A stretch of DNA of 64,000 nucleotides from Bacteroidota bacterium (GTDB lineage Bacteria; Bacteroidota; Bacteroidia; Chitinophagales; Chitinophagaceae), in contig SYEV01000051.1 of NCBI GenBank assembly GCA_005800655.1, positions 11,212 through 75,211 on the forward strand. The letters are read 5' to 3'. Below the pieces are notes generated by a model. The model was not told the origin of the DNA and searched no databases. It saw only the letters and a program-made list of their open reading frames with translations. This document shows positions 32,187-42,631 of the stretch, piece by piece (positions within the stretch are counted from its first letter, which is position 1; every line of letters starts with the position of its first letter). Made by a program: the position numbers and the translations under genes.

Positions 32187-33461
32187 TTATAAACGAGCGG
32201 TTACGATACTTTTATCCAATATTGCTTTAGTATCGTATATCACCGAATTAGCAGATGATTTTAAACTTGTATAGTTTAATGACTTAAAAAAGTCATGTGC
32301 CACTGTTAATACAATAGCATCGTAGGTTTCAAGTGAAGTGACTAAATTAATTTGATGGTTGTCCAATACTTCCTTTGCATTTGCAAATGGATCAAATGCG
32401 ACAACGGCTACCCCATTATTTTTTAGTGCTGTATATATTTCAAAGGCTTGAGAATTTCGAATGTCGGGGCAATTTTCTTTAAAAGTCACCCCTAATAATA
32501 AAACTTTAGCACCTTGTACTTTAAAATTATTTTTAATTAATAACTTAATTACTTTTTCTGTAACAAACGCGCTCATCTGGTCATTCACATGTCTGCCCGA
32601 TAATATTACTTGTGGGTGATAGCCCAAGCTAGTTGCTTTGTGTGCTAAATAATATGGGTCAACACCAATACAATGCCCACCCACCAAGCCTGGCTTGAAT
32701 GGTAAAAAATTCCATTTTGTCGCAGCCGCTGCAAGAACTTCTTGTGTATCAATATCCATTTTATCAAAGATCAACGCTAACTCATTTACAAATGAAATAT
32801 TAATATCTCTCTGTGCATTTTCAATGGATTTTGACGCTTCCGCCACTTTAATACTTGCCGCTTTATGGGTGCCTGCAGTAATTATACTAGCATATAAATT
32901 GTCAACAATGTTTGCGACCTCAGGGGTTGAACCAGAAGTAACTTTTATAATTTTTGTAAGCGTGTGCACTTTATCGCCTGGATTAATGCGCTCTGGTGAA
33001 TAGCCACAATAAAAATCTTGGTTATATTTTAAGCCGCTAACTTCTTCTAAAACAGGCACGCAATCCTCTTCGGTACAGCCAGGATAAACAGTACTTTCAT
33101 AAATTACGATATCCCCTTTTTTTAATGCTGTTCCAATCATTTTAGAAGCAGTACGTAATAAGTGTAAGTCAGGTTGTTTGTCTTTTGTAACAGGTGTAGG
33201 AACAGTAATAATAAAAATAGAACAATCCTTAATTTGATTTAAGTCATGGGTAAAAATGAGTTTACTTGCATTGGCTATTTCTTGGGTGGTACATTGCAAT
33301 GTACTATCCACGCCATTGTTCAAATTGGCAATGCGTTCTAAATTGATATCAAACCCAACCACTTGGTACTTTTCACCAAAAGCCACTGCCAATGGCAAGC
33401 CTACATAGCCCAAACCAATGATCGCAATTTTAGCATTAATAAGTGGTATTGGGCTATTCAT
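32187..33461 (-). CDS. Nucleotide-sugar dehydrogenase (WbpO/TviB-like UDP-HexNAc 6-dehydrogenase)
   Basis: GLGYVGLPLA, YESTVYPG, YSPERINPGD, GGHCIGVDPYYL, FKENCPD. Confidence 0.92.
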   Translation of the reverse strand: MNSPIPLINAKIAIIGLGYVGLPLAVAFGEKYQVVGFDINLERIANLNNGVDSTLQCTTQEIANASKLIFTHDLNQIKDCSIFIITVPTPVTKDKQPDLHLLRTASKMIGTALKKGDIVIYESTVYPGCTEEDCVPVLEEVSGLKYNQDFYCGYSPERINPGDKVHTLTKIIKVTSGSTPEVANIVDNLYASIITAGTHKAASIKVAEASKSIENAQRDINISFVNELALIFDKMDIDTQEVLAAAATKWNFLPFKPGLVGGHCIGVDPYYLAHKATSLGYHPQVILSGRHVNDQMSAFVTEKVIKLLIKNNFKVQGAKVLLLGVTFKENCPDIRNSQAFEIYTALKNNGVAVVAFDPFANAKEVLDNHQINLVTSLETYDAIVLTVAHDFFKSLNYTSLKSSANSVIYDTKAILDKSIVTARL

Positions 33462-33485
33462 ATAAATTCAAAGTTAATGGACTGA

Positions 33486-34436
33486 TTAGTGATGTCCATA
33501 ATTTTTTTCGCCTGCCGGTATTGGAAAAGGTAGCCTATTTTGGGGTGGCGGCAACGGACAGGTGGCGAATTTGGTAAATGCACAAGGCGGATTAAAGGCT
33601 TGATTAAAATCAATAAAAGTATTTCCATTAGCATCTGGCTGATCAATATAAATGAAACGACCTGCAACATAAGTGGTTACCCCGGAAGTTCCATCCGCAA
33701 AAGTGATAAAAAGTTGATTGTCGCCTTCATCAATTACATCCAAGCTATACGGTTTACTTTGATAAGTAAATTGAAGCTTACCTGCATTTTTAGAAGCCAC
33801 TTGCTGACCCAAAACATTTGAAATCATCAAATACGATTCTATTGGTGGCTGAAGCACTGCTTTTATTTTAAATTTTTCATTGATTGGAAAATGAGCTATT
33901 CCCTTAAATAATAATACATTGCTCGATTTTAAATCTCTAAATCTTACCCCAATTTTATCTTCTCTTTTAATGATGGTCCATGAATATGAATGACCTGACA
34001 TTGTCCAACTCATTTCCGAACTAAGGCCTTTGCCATTAAAAACGCAAACCTTGGATCTAAAGGGCATGTTTTGATTATTTACCATAACCATATATTTATC
34101 AAGGCTCTCCCACATAACACTATCCCCTTCAAAAATAAAATTTCCCAAATGATCAGGAAAAAATGCATCGGATGGATTGGGGTTTTCATAGACACAGTCA
34201 TTGTTCTTAGCTCCACCAAATGTGTTCACCCCTTTATGCAACCAAAACAACCCGGCTAAATTTAACCAGCCCTTGGGTGACTTTAACTCCGCCTCCCTTA
34301 GCTGTTGCCATTGATTGATTGCATCAACATAATTGGGCAATATTACTTTTTGTGCATTTACATTTGAAGATGAAAAAAGCACCATAAGCGACACAAGGCT
34401 GAATGAAAGTTTTAAAAAACCCCTTGTATTTGGCAT
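33486..34436 (-). CDS. DUF1684 family protein
   Basis: GWLNLAGLFWL; DFNQAFNPPCAFTKFATCPLPP.QNRL...AGEK. Confidence 0.9.
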   Translation of the reverse strand: MPNTRGFLKLSFSLVSLMVLFSSSNVNAQKVILPNYVDAINQWQQLREAELKSPKGWLNLAGLFWLHKGVNTFGGAKNNDCVYENPNPSDAFFPDHLGNFIFEGDSVMWESLDKYMVMVNNQNMPFRSKVCVFNGKGLSSEMSWTMSGHSYSWTIIKREDKIGVRFRDLKSSNVLLFKGIAHFPINEKFKIKAVLQPPIESYLMISNVLGQQVASKNAGKLQFTYQSKPYSLDVIDEGDNQLFITFADGTSGVTTYVAGRFIYIDQPDANGNTFIDFNQAFNPPCAFTKFATCPLPPPQNRLPFPIPAGEKNYGHH

Positions 34437-34556
34437 ATGCTGGTTTATTTATTAGTAAAATTAAGTTAAAAAACGCTGTCCCAAAAATGATTACAGAAAG
34501 GATAACATTTGTGTCCTTAATTTAATTAAATTTACTATTGATAAAGTGTTTAGATT

Positions 34557-35942
34557 ATGAAAAAAATATTAGTCCCCTTTGCCTTTATATTTTTGTTAAT
34601 GGCATGTAAAAAAGACGTGACTGTTAGTAATTCAGGCACCTTGTCTGAAGATGTGAATACCTGGATATATAATTCAATGAGTTACTATTATTTATGGAAC
34701 ACCAATATGCCTAAAATTTCGGCAACAAATTTGAAAGATAATCCTATGAATTATTTTTATAGTATTCTATATGATTATCGTAAAACAGATCGTTTTTCAT
34801 GGATTGATAGTAGTGCTAGTAATTTAGCAAATCAATTAAATGGAATTAATACCGTGCTCGGTATTAAATATTCTATTTTTTATACCGATTATACACAAGC
34901 TAATATCGCTTTTGTTATTGCCTATGTTTTAAAAGGTAGCCCTGCAGAAAAAGCAGGATTAAAAAGAGGTGATATAATTTTAAAAGTAGATGATAAAACG
35001 ATTACTCCAAGTAATTATGCTTCTATATTACAAAATGAAACTCTAAAATTAGGACTGGGATCCTATGCGAGTGGGGTATTTACAAGCACAGGGACGAGTG
35101 CGTCTTTGACAAAAGTAGAACTGCAAACAAATCCAATTTTAAAAGATACCATTATTAAATGGGGTGGTAAAAAAGTAGGCTATATCGCGTACATCCAATT
35201 TCTATCTAGCTTTGATGATAGTTTAAGAAATGTTTTTGGACGATTTAAAGCTAATGGCGTAAACGAACTAGTCGTTGATTTAAGATACAATGGGGGTGGA
35301 TATGTGAGCTCCTCTGACTTAATGACTAATTTAATTGTAAAAGATATCTCAGCAAGAGCAGGAACGGTCATGAATAAAAAAGTGTACAATGCAACTTATA
35401 CGGAGGAATTAAATAAGTCAAGCGGAAGTACCGCATTTAATACCAACTTTAAATTTGAAAATAATAATTTAGGAACTTTAAGTAGGGTATTTTTCTTGAT
35501 ATCCAACAGCTCGGCATCGGCCAGCGAATTAGTGATTAATAATTTAAAGCCATTTATGGATGTCATTTTGGTGGGCGAACATACTTATGGAAAAAATGTA
35601 GGGTCATTTACATTAACCGATAGCAAGAACAGATGGAACTATGGCTTGCAACCCATCACATTTAAAATTGCGAATGCAAAAGACGAATCCAATTATGGTA
35701 CCGCAGAAGGATTCTTACCCAATATTGCCATTACGGATAATGTATTACCATTTAAGCAGCTCGGCGACCCTTATGAAACTGTATTAAATAAGGCCTTGTT
35801 ATTCATTAGTCCAACAGCATTTCAACCATTTAGCGCAAACGGGAATACACCCCAAACAAAGGCAACCTTATTTCAAAATAAAGCGGTCTCGGATAATATC
35901 AAAATGGACCGTCAGGATATGTGGATGAAACCAAACTTATAG
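34557..35942 (+). CDS. S41-family peptidase lipoprotein with PDZ domain
   Basis: Lipobox LMAC; SPAEKAGLKRGD; DLRYNGGG; SASASE; TYGKNVG. Confidence 0.9.
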   Translation: MKKILVPFAFIFLLMACKKDVTVSNSGTLSEDVNTWIYNSMSYYYLWNTNMPKISATNLKDNPMNYFYSILYDYRKTDRFSWIDSSASNLANQLNGINTVLGIKYSIFYTDYTQANIAFVIAYVLKGSPAEKAGLKRGDIILKVDDKTITPSNYASILQNETLKLGLGSYASGVFTSTGTSASLTKVELQTNPILKDTIIKWGGKKVGYIAYIQFLSSFDDSLRNVFGRFKANGVNELVVDLRYNGGGYVSSSDLMTNLIVKDISARAGTVMNKKVYNATYTEELNKSSGSTAFNTNFKFENNNLGTLSRVFFLISNSSASASELVINNLKPFMDVILVGEHTYGKNVGSFTLTDSKNRWNYGLQPITFKIANAKDESNYGTAEGFLPNIAITDNVLPFKQLGDPYETVLNKALLFISPTAFQPFSANGNTPQTKATLFQNKAVSDNIKMDRQDMWMKPNL

Positions 35943-36014
35943 CGTACATTTATTTGTATTGAAGTGGTTACTTTATTTACTAAGTTTTAATAGACTAATT
36001 AATAAAAATAATTT

Positions 36015-36890
36015 ATGAAAAAAATTCTCCTGCTCATTTTAAACGTATTCATGGTAGTGCTGTTATTTGGTCAAGGAATTGTTAAGGAGAAGCAAGTGAT
36101 TACAAGTAAAATTTTGAATCGCGATGTGCATTTCTCCATATATCTGCCTTCTGATTATAATACAAGTGAACGGTCCTACCCTGTAACTTATTTATTACAT
36201 GGTTATGGGGACGCAGATGATGGTTGGATTCAATTTGGTGAGATTAATAGGCTCGCAGATAAAGCAATTGCAGATGGAACTATTCCGCCAATGATTATTG
36301 TCACTCCTGATGGATTTAAAAGTTTTTATATCAATGCCTCAGATGGCTCCTTGCCTTATGAGGATTTTTTTATAAAAGAATTAATTCCACATATTGAAAA
36401 AACATATAAGGTAAAGTCTGAAAAAAGATTCCGTGGGATTGCAGGATTATCAATGGGAGGATATGGGGCGTTACTATATGGTTTGAAATACCCAAAACTG
36501 TTTGCAGCTGCGGCTCCACTAAGTGCGGTAGTATGGAACAACAGTGATATAAGCACTGCTTCAGATAATATTTATAATTCATTATTTGCACCCGCAGATA
36601 AAAAAAATATAAAAGGAACAGATAGGATTAATGCAGCATGGCTTCAAAACAGCCCGCTTCAATTAATTGAAACAAAGTCAGTTGAAGAATTATCTTCCGT
36701 TAAATATTGGATCGACTGTGGTGATGATGATTACTTATCAGTAGGAAATGCAAATTTACATATAGCAATGACCAATAAAAAAATACCACATGAATTTAGG
36801 GTTCGAGATGGCGCACACAGTTGGACCTATTGGCGCACCGGGGTCATTGATGCATTGGCATTTATTGGAAACAGTTTTCATCAAAAATAA
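36015..36890 (+). CDS. Secreted esterase (alpha/beta hydrolase, CE1-like)
   Basis: YLLHG, GLSMGG nucleophile, DCGDDD, GAHSW. Confidence 0.88.
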   Translation: MKKILLLILNVFMVVLLFGQGIVKEKQVITSKILNRDVHFSIYLPSDYNTSERSYPVTYLLHGYGDADDGWIQFGEINRLADKAIADGTIPPMIIVTPDGFKSFYINASDGSLPYEDFFIKELIPHIEKTYKVKSEKRFRGIAGLSMGGYGALLYGLKYPKLFAAAAPLSAVVWNNSDISTASDNIYNSLFAPADKKNIKGTDRINAAWLQNSPLQLIETKSVEELSSVKYWIDCGDDDYLSVGNANLHIAMTNKKIPHEFRVRDGAHSWTYWRTGVIDALAFIGNSFHQK

Positions 36891-36901
36891 TTTACCTCAT
36901 T

Positions 36902-37387
36902 ATGTCTATACAAGTTTTCATCACCGGCGGCACTTTTGATAAAGAATATAATGAACTTAACGGTAGCTTATATTTTAAAGAAACGCATTTACACGAAATG
37001 CTGGATTTAGGCCGAAGTAAACTTGACTTAGCCATTACTACATTAATGATGAAGGATAGTTTAGAATTCACAGATGATGACCGACAGCTCATTGCTGAAG
37101 CATGTTTAAAAACAAGCGCAGATAAAGTTTTTATTACCCATGGCACAGATACCATGACTTTAACCGCAAGCTACCTTGCGAAACACTGCAATAATAAAAC
37201 GATAGTATTAACGGGTGCAATGATCCCTTATAAATTTGGAAGTTCGGATGGATTATTTAATCTTGGCAGTGCATTGGCATTTGTACAAGTATTACCTACT
37301 GGGGTTTATATTGCCATGAATGGAAAAATTTTCGAGGCGAATAAAGTGCAGAAAAACAAGGAAAGGGGCGAATTTGAAGCATTATAA
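36902..37387 (+). CDS. Short asparaginase-domain protein
   Basis: TGGTFDK, HGTDTM, VLTGAM motifs. Confidence 0.88.
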   Translation: MSIQVFITGGTFDKEYNELNGSLYFKETHLHEMLDLGRSKLDLAITTLMMKDSLEFTDDDRQLIAEACLKTSADKVFITHGTDTMTLTASYLAKHCNNKTIVLTGAMIPYKFGSSDGLFNLGSALAFVQVLPTGVYIAMNGKIFEANKVQKNKERGEFEAL

Positions 37388-37414
37388 TTATCTGCTATTT
37401 CAATCAATTTTTTT

Positions 37415-38185
37415 ATGAAGTCATTATATATCATCGCTATTTGTTTAATTTCAATACAACCCGCTATGTCGCAAAAACAAACTCAAATCATTGCGCATAG
37501 AGGCGCGTGGAAAGAATTTGCATTGCCAGAGAATTCTATTTCCGCCTTACAAAAAGCAATTGAATTAAAGTGTTATGGTAGTGAATTTGACGTTCGTCGT
37601 ACCAAGGATGGTATATTAGTAGTGAATCATGACCCAGTATATTATGGAGATACGATCGAACTTCAGAATTACGCAGATTTAAATAAAAAGAAATTAAGTA
37701 ATGGCGAAAATTTACCAACGCTTGAAAATTATTTTACTACTGGAACGCGCAACAACCCACCTACCTTACTCATTTGCGAAATTAAAGAGGCATTAACAGG
37801 CGCCGATATTTCACAAAAAACAACGATAGAAACCCTTGCACTTGCTGAAAAATTGGGCATTTCAGAAAAAATAATTTATATCAGTTTTGGATTTGAGGTA
37901 GTTAAAACCATCAAAAGATTACAACCCAATGCAATTGTACTTTATTTGGAAAATAATAAAACAATTAATGAAATTGTAAACGAAAAATTTAATGGCATCA
38001 ATTTTCATTTCAGTAATTATATTAGTGACCCGCAATTGAGTGCAGTCGCAAAACAAAATAATTTATTACTTGGAAGTTGGACCGTAAATCAAGTAGAAGA
38101 CTTAAATAAATTAATCGCACAAGAAGTTGAATTTATCACTACTAATGTACCTGCGCAATTTTTAACGTTAGTATCAAAAAAGTAA
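37415..38185 (+). CDS. Glycerophosphodiester phosphodiesterase
   Basis: IAHRG, PENS, EFDV, HD, WTVN, ITTN.P. Confidence 0.9.
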   Translation: MKSLYIIAICLISIQPAMSQKQTQIIAHRGAWKEFALPENSISALQKAIELKCYGSEFDVRRTKDGILVVNHDPVYYGDTIELQNYADLNKKKLSNGENLPTLENYFTTGTRNNPPTLLICEIKEALTGADISQKTTIETLALAEKLGISEKIIYISFGFEVVKTIKRLQPNAIVLYLENNKTINEIVNEKFNGINFHFSNYISDPQLSAVAKQNNLLLGSWTVNQVEDLNKLIAQEVEFITTNVPAQFLTLVSKK

Positions 38186-38189
38186 GTTG

Positions 38190-38264
38190 CTAATCTCTAT
38201 TGCGATTGCGTCTTATAATAATGATAATGACGGCAATGATGCCAAAAATAATGGGTAAGCTCAT
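38190..38264 (-). CDS. Putative 24-aa single-pass membrane microprotein (MSLPIIFGIIAVIIIIIRRNRNRD)
   Basis: Hand translation; A-rich start context 20 nt after the upstream stop; hydrophobic helix plus basic tail. Confidence 0.5.
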   Translation of the reverse strand: MSLPIIFGIIAVIIIIIRRNRNRD

Positions 38265-38284
38265 TTTATCTATTTACAAGTAAT

Positions 38285-39514
38285 TTATTTTTTGGCGGGC
38301 AAAGCGGCTAATAATTTTTTTAAGAATTCGTCAATCGAATTGCCTTCTATCCATCTTACTACCACCACTAATTCATTCACTTCGTCGACATAAATGATAT
38401 TCGTTCCATTACCCAAATGCGCATAGGCAGTAGCAGGTGCTGAAGGATATAATTTTTTATCTGTGTTTAAAAAATAATTCATGAACCCATATTCTGGATT
38501 CACCGAAGTCGGTGTGGTCGCTTTTTTAAACCAGCTGGAAGACAGTAACTGTTTGCCTTGCCAATTGCCCTTGTGTAAAGTCAACAACCCAAATCTTGCC
38601 ATATCGTAGGCATTGATAAACATACCACCGCCAAAGTGACCACCGCCACTAACCGACTGAACTAGTTTGCCATCTAACACTATCCAGGAAGTTTCATACC
38701 CAGCCCATGTCCAAGTATTACTAGCGCCAATAGGTTGCATGATATTTTCTCTAAGTATTTCAGGAAGTGGCTTATGCCAAACCGCAGTCATGGCAAGTGC
38801 CAATGCATTAACACGGGTGTCATTGTATTTATAACTAGTACCTGGCTCATTTCTTTTTCGTGTTAACCATTCCGCCGAATTCTCTGTAGGTCGATCTGCC
38901 CAATCTGGCTTACTCCACAATTCACCTTCCCAATCACTGGTTTGGCGAAGTAAATGATCCCAACTAATTTTTTTATTATGTTCTGAAGCAAAAGGATAAA
39001 TAAAATCTTTAGCTGCAATTGAATTTTGATTGGTATTCATCAAAGCAGCATATGGTTGAATTGGAGGCATATAATTGTTGACCTTATCATCTAAGGAATA
39101 AATTAAACCCTTATCAAGTGCAAGTCCTACAATGCTAGAAACCCAGCTTTTTGTAACACTATTACAAGTTTCAACAATAGTAGGGTCACCCCATTCAGCA
39201 ATGATATATCCCTTATAAATAATTAACCCGCTCAACCCACCTCGATCAATCATTGGACCTACTGGGTCGCCAAATGGCTCTTTCGCATATTGCATGGCCT
39301 GCGTAATTCTAGCATTCCTAGGATACTTAGACTCATGTTGTTTTGAGAATTGAATAGCCTCTTTGATTTTATTGGAATCCATTTTAAAAAAGGCAGGTGT
39401 TTTTCTTTCCCAATGATTTGCTGATGGAAAATAAGTGGACTCCTGTGCATAAGAAAAAATAACGGTTAAAATAAAAATAACAAATAATTTAATTCCTTTT
39501 TTAAATGCTTTCAT
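38285..39514 (-). CDS. Serine hydrolase (beta-lactamase-fold family)
   Basis: SVTK, YKYND, HLG motifs; signal peptide. Confidence 0.85.
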   Translation of the reverse strand: MKAFKKGIKLFVIFILTVIFSYAQESTYFPSANHWERKTPAFFKMDSNKIKEAIQFSKQHESKYPRNARITQAMQYAKEPFGDPVGPMIDRGGLSGLIIYKGYIIAEWGDPTIVETCNSVTKSWVSSIVGLALDKGLIYSLDDKVNNYMPPIQPYAALMNTNQNSIAAKDFIYPFASEHNKKISWDHLLRQTSDWEGELWSKPDWADRPTENSAEWLTRKRNEPGTSYKYNDTRVNALALAMTAVWHKPLPEILRENIMQPIGASNTWTWAGYETSWIVLDGKLVQSVSGGGHFGGGMFINAYDMARFGLLTLHKGNWQGKQLLSSSWFKKATTPTSVNPEYGFMNYFLNTDKKLYPSAPATAYAHLGNGTNIIYVDEVNELVVVVRWIEGNSIDEFLKKLLAALPAKK

Positions 39515-39553
39515 GTTTCAAATTTATTGGGCCTACAAATTTAATGAGTCAAA

Positions 39554-40849
39554 TTATTTTAATTGTGTTGTGTCAACTCTTGTTGGTGTATCCTTTCCTG
39601 CAATAATAGATTGTGCACTCTTGGCAATGGCCTTGATAATTTGCGTCATATTTGCGATATCTAAGGTTGAAAATTCATCACTTGGTTTATGGTAGTTGGG
39701 TTCGTTGTCCATTTTGGATGTGCTGATGGTATGTGCTGGCACACCTAATCTTGCCAATGTTGCATTGTCTGATCTGTAAAATAAATTTTGATCCGTATAC
39801 GGGTCTGGATAAAATTGAAAATCGGTTCCTGCTAAATTCTTTTGAAGTATTGCACCCATATCTGTTTTTTCATACCCAGTGATGTACGCGCTATTTTTTC
39901 CCCACTTACTTTCGGTTCCAATCATTTCAATATTAAACATTGCCTTTACCTGCAGTGGATCAAATTGTTTTGAAAAATATTGTGCACCAAACCCGCCCGA
40001 CTCTTCAGCTGTAAACGCTGCAAACACTAATGTGCGCTCATTATTAGCTAAAGCTGAAAAATATTTTGATAACATAATCATAGCAGTAGTACCTGCAGCA
40101 TCATCGTTAGCACCATTATAAATAGAATCGCCATTGACTGCTCTTTTCCCGTTTACCCCTAAGTGATCGTAGTGTCCTGAAAAAATCACATATTCATTAG
40201 GCAATGATTTTCCAGGAATGATACCCACTACATTTGAGAGTGATAATTTATCAATTTTATGTGTTGCTTGTAATTTATATTGTGTGGGTGTTTGATTCGT
40301 TAAAACAATAAAAATTGATTTTTGTTGCTCACTCAATCCAGATTTGAATTGTACCAATCTTCCAAAATTTGCTCCCAAAGCCTCATCCACTAATATTACA
40401 TAATTTTTATTGTTAGTCATATACTTTCTAACCGTTAAAAATAAATTATCTTCCTTAGCTATTTTCACAACCTCATAGCCACTTTTTTCATTAATGTCTA
40501 ATTTGGTTTCGGAAGTGATAGCAATGATATTTTTTGTGTCTATATTATTACCATCAAAATTTCCAGCTGCAGAAATAAATTTTGTGCTAATTCTTGAAAA
40601 ACTTTGCAAATGGCTATCACTATTTTTAAAAGTGGCTAGTCCATTTTGTTTAAACTCATTGGCAATAAATTTTGCCGCCATTTCAATACCAGGAGTATAA
40701 ATTTGTCGACCCGCTAATTCATCTGAGGACAAATACTTTTCAATTCGCTCGGTTTCAGATTCATTAATTAATTTGACTGCATTTTGGCTGTGTAAAAAAG
40801 TGGTTACACACACTAAACAAAGGATTACAATGAGCGTTTTCTTATACAT
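39554..40849 (-). CDS. M28-family metallopeptidase
   Basis: GHYDH, GANDDAAG, AEESG, RSDN, YH. Confidence 0.9.
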   Translation of the reverse strand: MYKKTLIVILCLVCVTTFLHSQNAVKLINESETERIEKYLSSDELAGRQIYTPGIEMAAKFIANEFKQNGLATFKNSDSHLQSFSRISTKFISAAGNFDGNNIDTKNIIAITSETKLDINEKSGYEVVKIAKEDNLFLTVRKYMTNNKNYVILVDEALGANFGRLVQFKSGLSEQQKSIFIVLTNQTPTQYKLQATHKIDKLSLSNVVGIIPGKSLPNEYVIFSGHYDHLGVNGKRAVNGDSIYNGANDDAAGTTAMIMLSKYFSALANNERTLVFAAFTAEESGGFGAQYFSKQFDPLQVKAMFNIEMIGTESKWGKNSAYITGYEKTDMGAILQKNLAGTDFQFYPDPYTDQNLFYRSDNATLARLGVPAHTISTSKMDNEPNYHKPSDEFSTLDIANMTQIIKAIAKSAQSIIAGKDTPTRVDTTQLK

Positions 40850-41026
40850 ATTAAAAAAATTTAATTTAAATTATGCATAAAGGTAATATCAAAAGGATTT
40901 AATCCCATTTTTATGCTAAACACTATTAGAGATTAGTCAAATTTTCAGTTAGATTTAAGAAAATAGTCTCCTTTTTTTGTGTACAATGGTGAAAATTTGT
41001 AAATTGAATAGAATATTAATTGAGCT

Positions 41027-42631
41027 ATGCCTGCAACCCCCATTTCAAGCAATTTAGGATTGACCCCATATCAAGGGGCTTGGACAAAGGTGACCACCAG
41101 GCACTTATTAAAAAGGGTGCTTTTTGGTGCAAAATCAAACGAAATAGACTATTTCTTGAATAAAGGCATGGCGAAATCAGTCAGTGAGCTGTTGTCTCCT
41201 AATGTAAATTACCCTAGTCCACCACTTAATGATTATAACACAGCTACTATCATTGACCCCGTGGTTCCTTTGGGTACAACATGGATTAATAATATTACTG
41301 CAGATGGAACGCTGAATAGCTATCGCCGTTCTACTTTTAAAAAATGGCAGGTGGGTTCAATGGTGAACCAGGAAAAAAATATTACTGAAAAGCTTTGCCT
41401 TTTTTGGGCGAATCATTTTAGTATTGAAGCTGATATTGTTTCTTATGGAAATTATGTTTTTAACCATCACGATACGATCCGAAAAAACTGTTTGGGTAAT
41501 TTTAAACAGCTGATTAAATTAATAACTATAGATGCAGGGATGTTGCGTTATTTAAATGGCTATTTAAATACCAATACCGCACCTGATGAAAACTATGCAA
41601 GAGAATTACAAGAATTATTTACTTTAGGAAAACATGCAGATGTAAAGTATACTGAAGCCGATGTAAAAGCAGCCGCCAAAGTATTAACAGGCTGGCGCAT
41701 CAACAGTTCATTTAATGTTTACTTTGATGCAACAAAACACGATAGCACCAATAAACAATTTTCATCTTATTATAATAATAAAGTAATAACCGGCAGAACA
41801 GCTGCAGCAGGCGCAAATGAAACAGACGATTTAATTAGTATGATTTTTGAAAGGCCCGAGGTAGCTAAATTTATTTGCAGAAGAATTTATCAGTTTTTTG
41901 TTTACTATCACATTGATGATAAAATTGAAAATAATATCATCGCTCCATTGGCTGAAGTATTCATAAAAAATAATTTTGAAATTAAACCTGTTCTTGAAAA
42001 GCTTTTTCAAAGCGAACATTTTTATGATTCCTTGTATGTTGGCTGTCAAATTAAAAGCCCCATTGAGCATGTAGTAGGTTGTTTGCGAGAATACAATGTC
42101 ACTTTCCCCAATATGGTTACCGATTATGCAGATTCCTACTCTCTATATAATAATATGGTAAGTCAAATGATTAACCTAGGACAAAATCCATCGGATCCGC
42201 CAAATGTAGCTGGCTGGCCTGCCTATTATCAAGTGCCTGAATTTTATGAATTATGGATTAACGCAGACACCTTACCGAAGCGAAATAAATTTACCGATTT
42301 AATGGTGGAATCAGGCTATACCAGAAATGGGAAAAAAGTGGTTATTGACACAATCGCTTTTGCAAAAAATATTTGCGCTACTCCTAGTGACCCAAATATT
42401 TTAATGGATGCATTATTTGCAAACTTAGTTTCAACGGATGTTCCCGCAACGTTAAAAGCAAATTTAAAAAAGCAAATTTTATTAAGTGGCCAGCTGAGCG
42501 ACCATTACTGGACAGATGCCTGGAATGCATATCAGGCAAGTGCTACTACAATCAATTTTAATATTGTGAATGTACGACTCAAGGCCCTATTAAAATATAT
42601 TATGAACCTGCCCGAATACCAATTGCAATAA
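41027..42631 (+). CDS. DUF1800 family protein
   Basis: LFWANHF, ENYARELQELFTLG, LTGW, KSP, PPNVAGW, PEYQL. Confidence 0.92.
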   Translation: MPATPISSNLGLTPYQGAWTKVTTRHLLKRVLFGAKSNEIDYFLNKGMAKSVSELLSPNVNYPSPPLNDYNTATIIDPVVPLGTTWINNITADGTLNSYRRSTFKKWQVGSMVNQEKNITEKLCLFWANHFSIEADIVSYGNYVFNHHDTIRKNCLGNFKQLIKLITIDAGMLRYLNGYLNTNTAPDENYARELQELFTLGKHADVKYTEADVKAAAKVLTGWRINSSFNVYFDATKHDSTNKQFSSYYNNKVITGRTAAAGANETDDLISMIFERPEVAKFICRRIYQFFVYYHIDDKIENNIIAPLAEVFIKNNFEIKPVLEKLFQSEHFYDSLYVGCQIKSPIEHVVGCLREYNVTFPNMVTDYADSYSLYNNMVSQMINLGQNPSDPPNVAGWPAYYQVPEFYELWINADTLPKRNKFTDLMVESGYTRNGKKVVIDTIAFAKNICATPSDPNILMDALFANLVSTDVPATLKANLKKQILLSGQLSDHYWTDAWNAYQASATTINFNIVNVRLKALLKYIMNLPEYQLQ

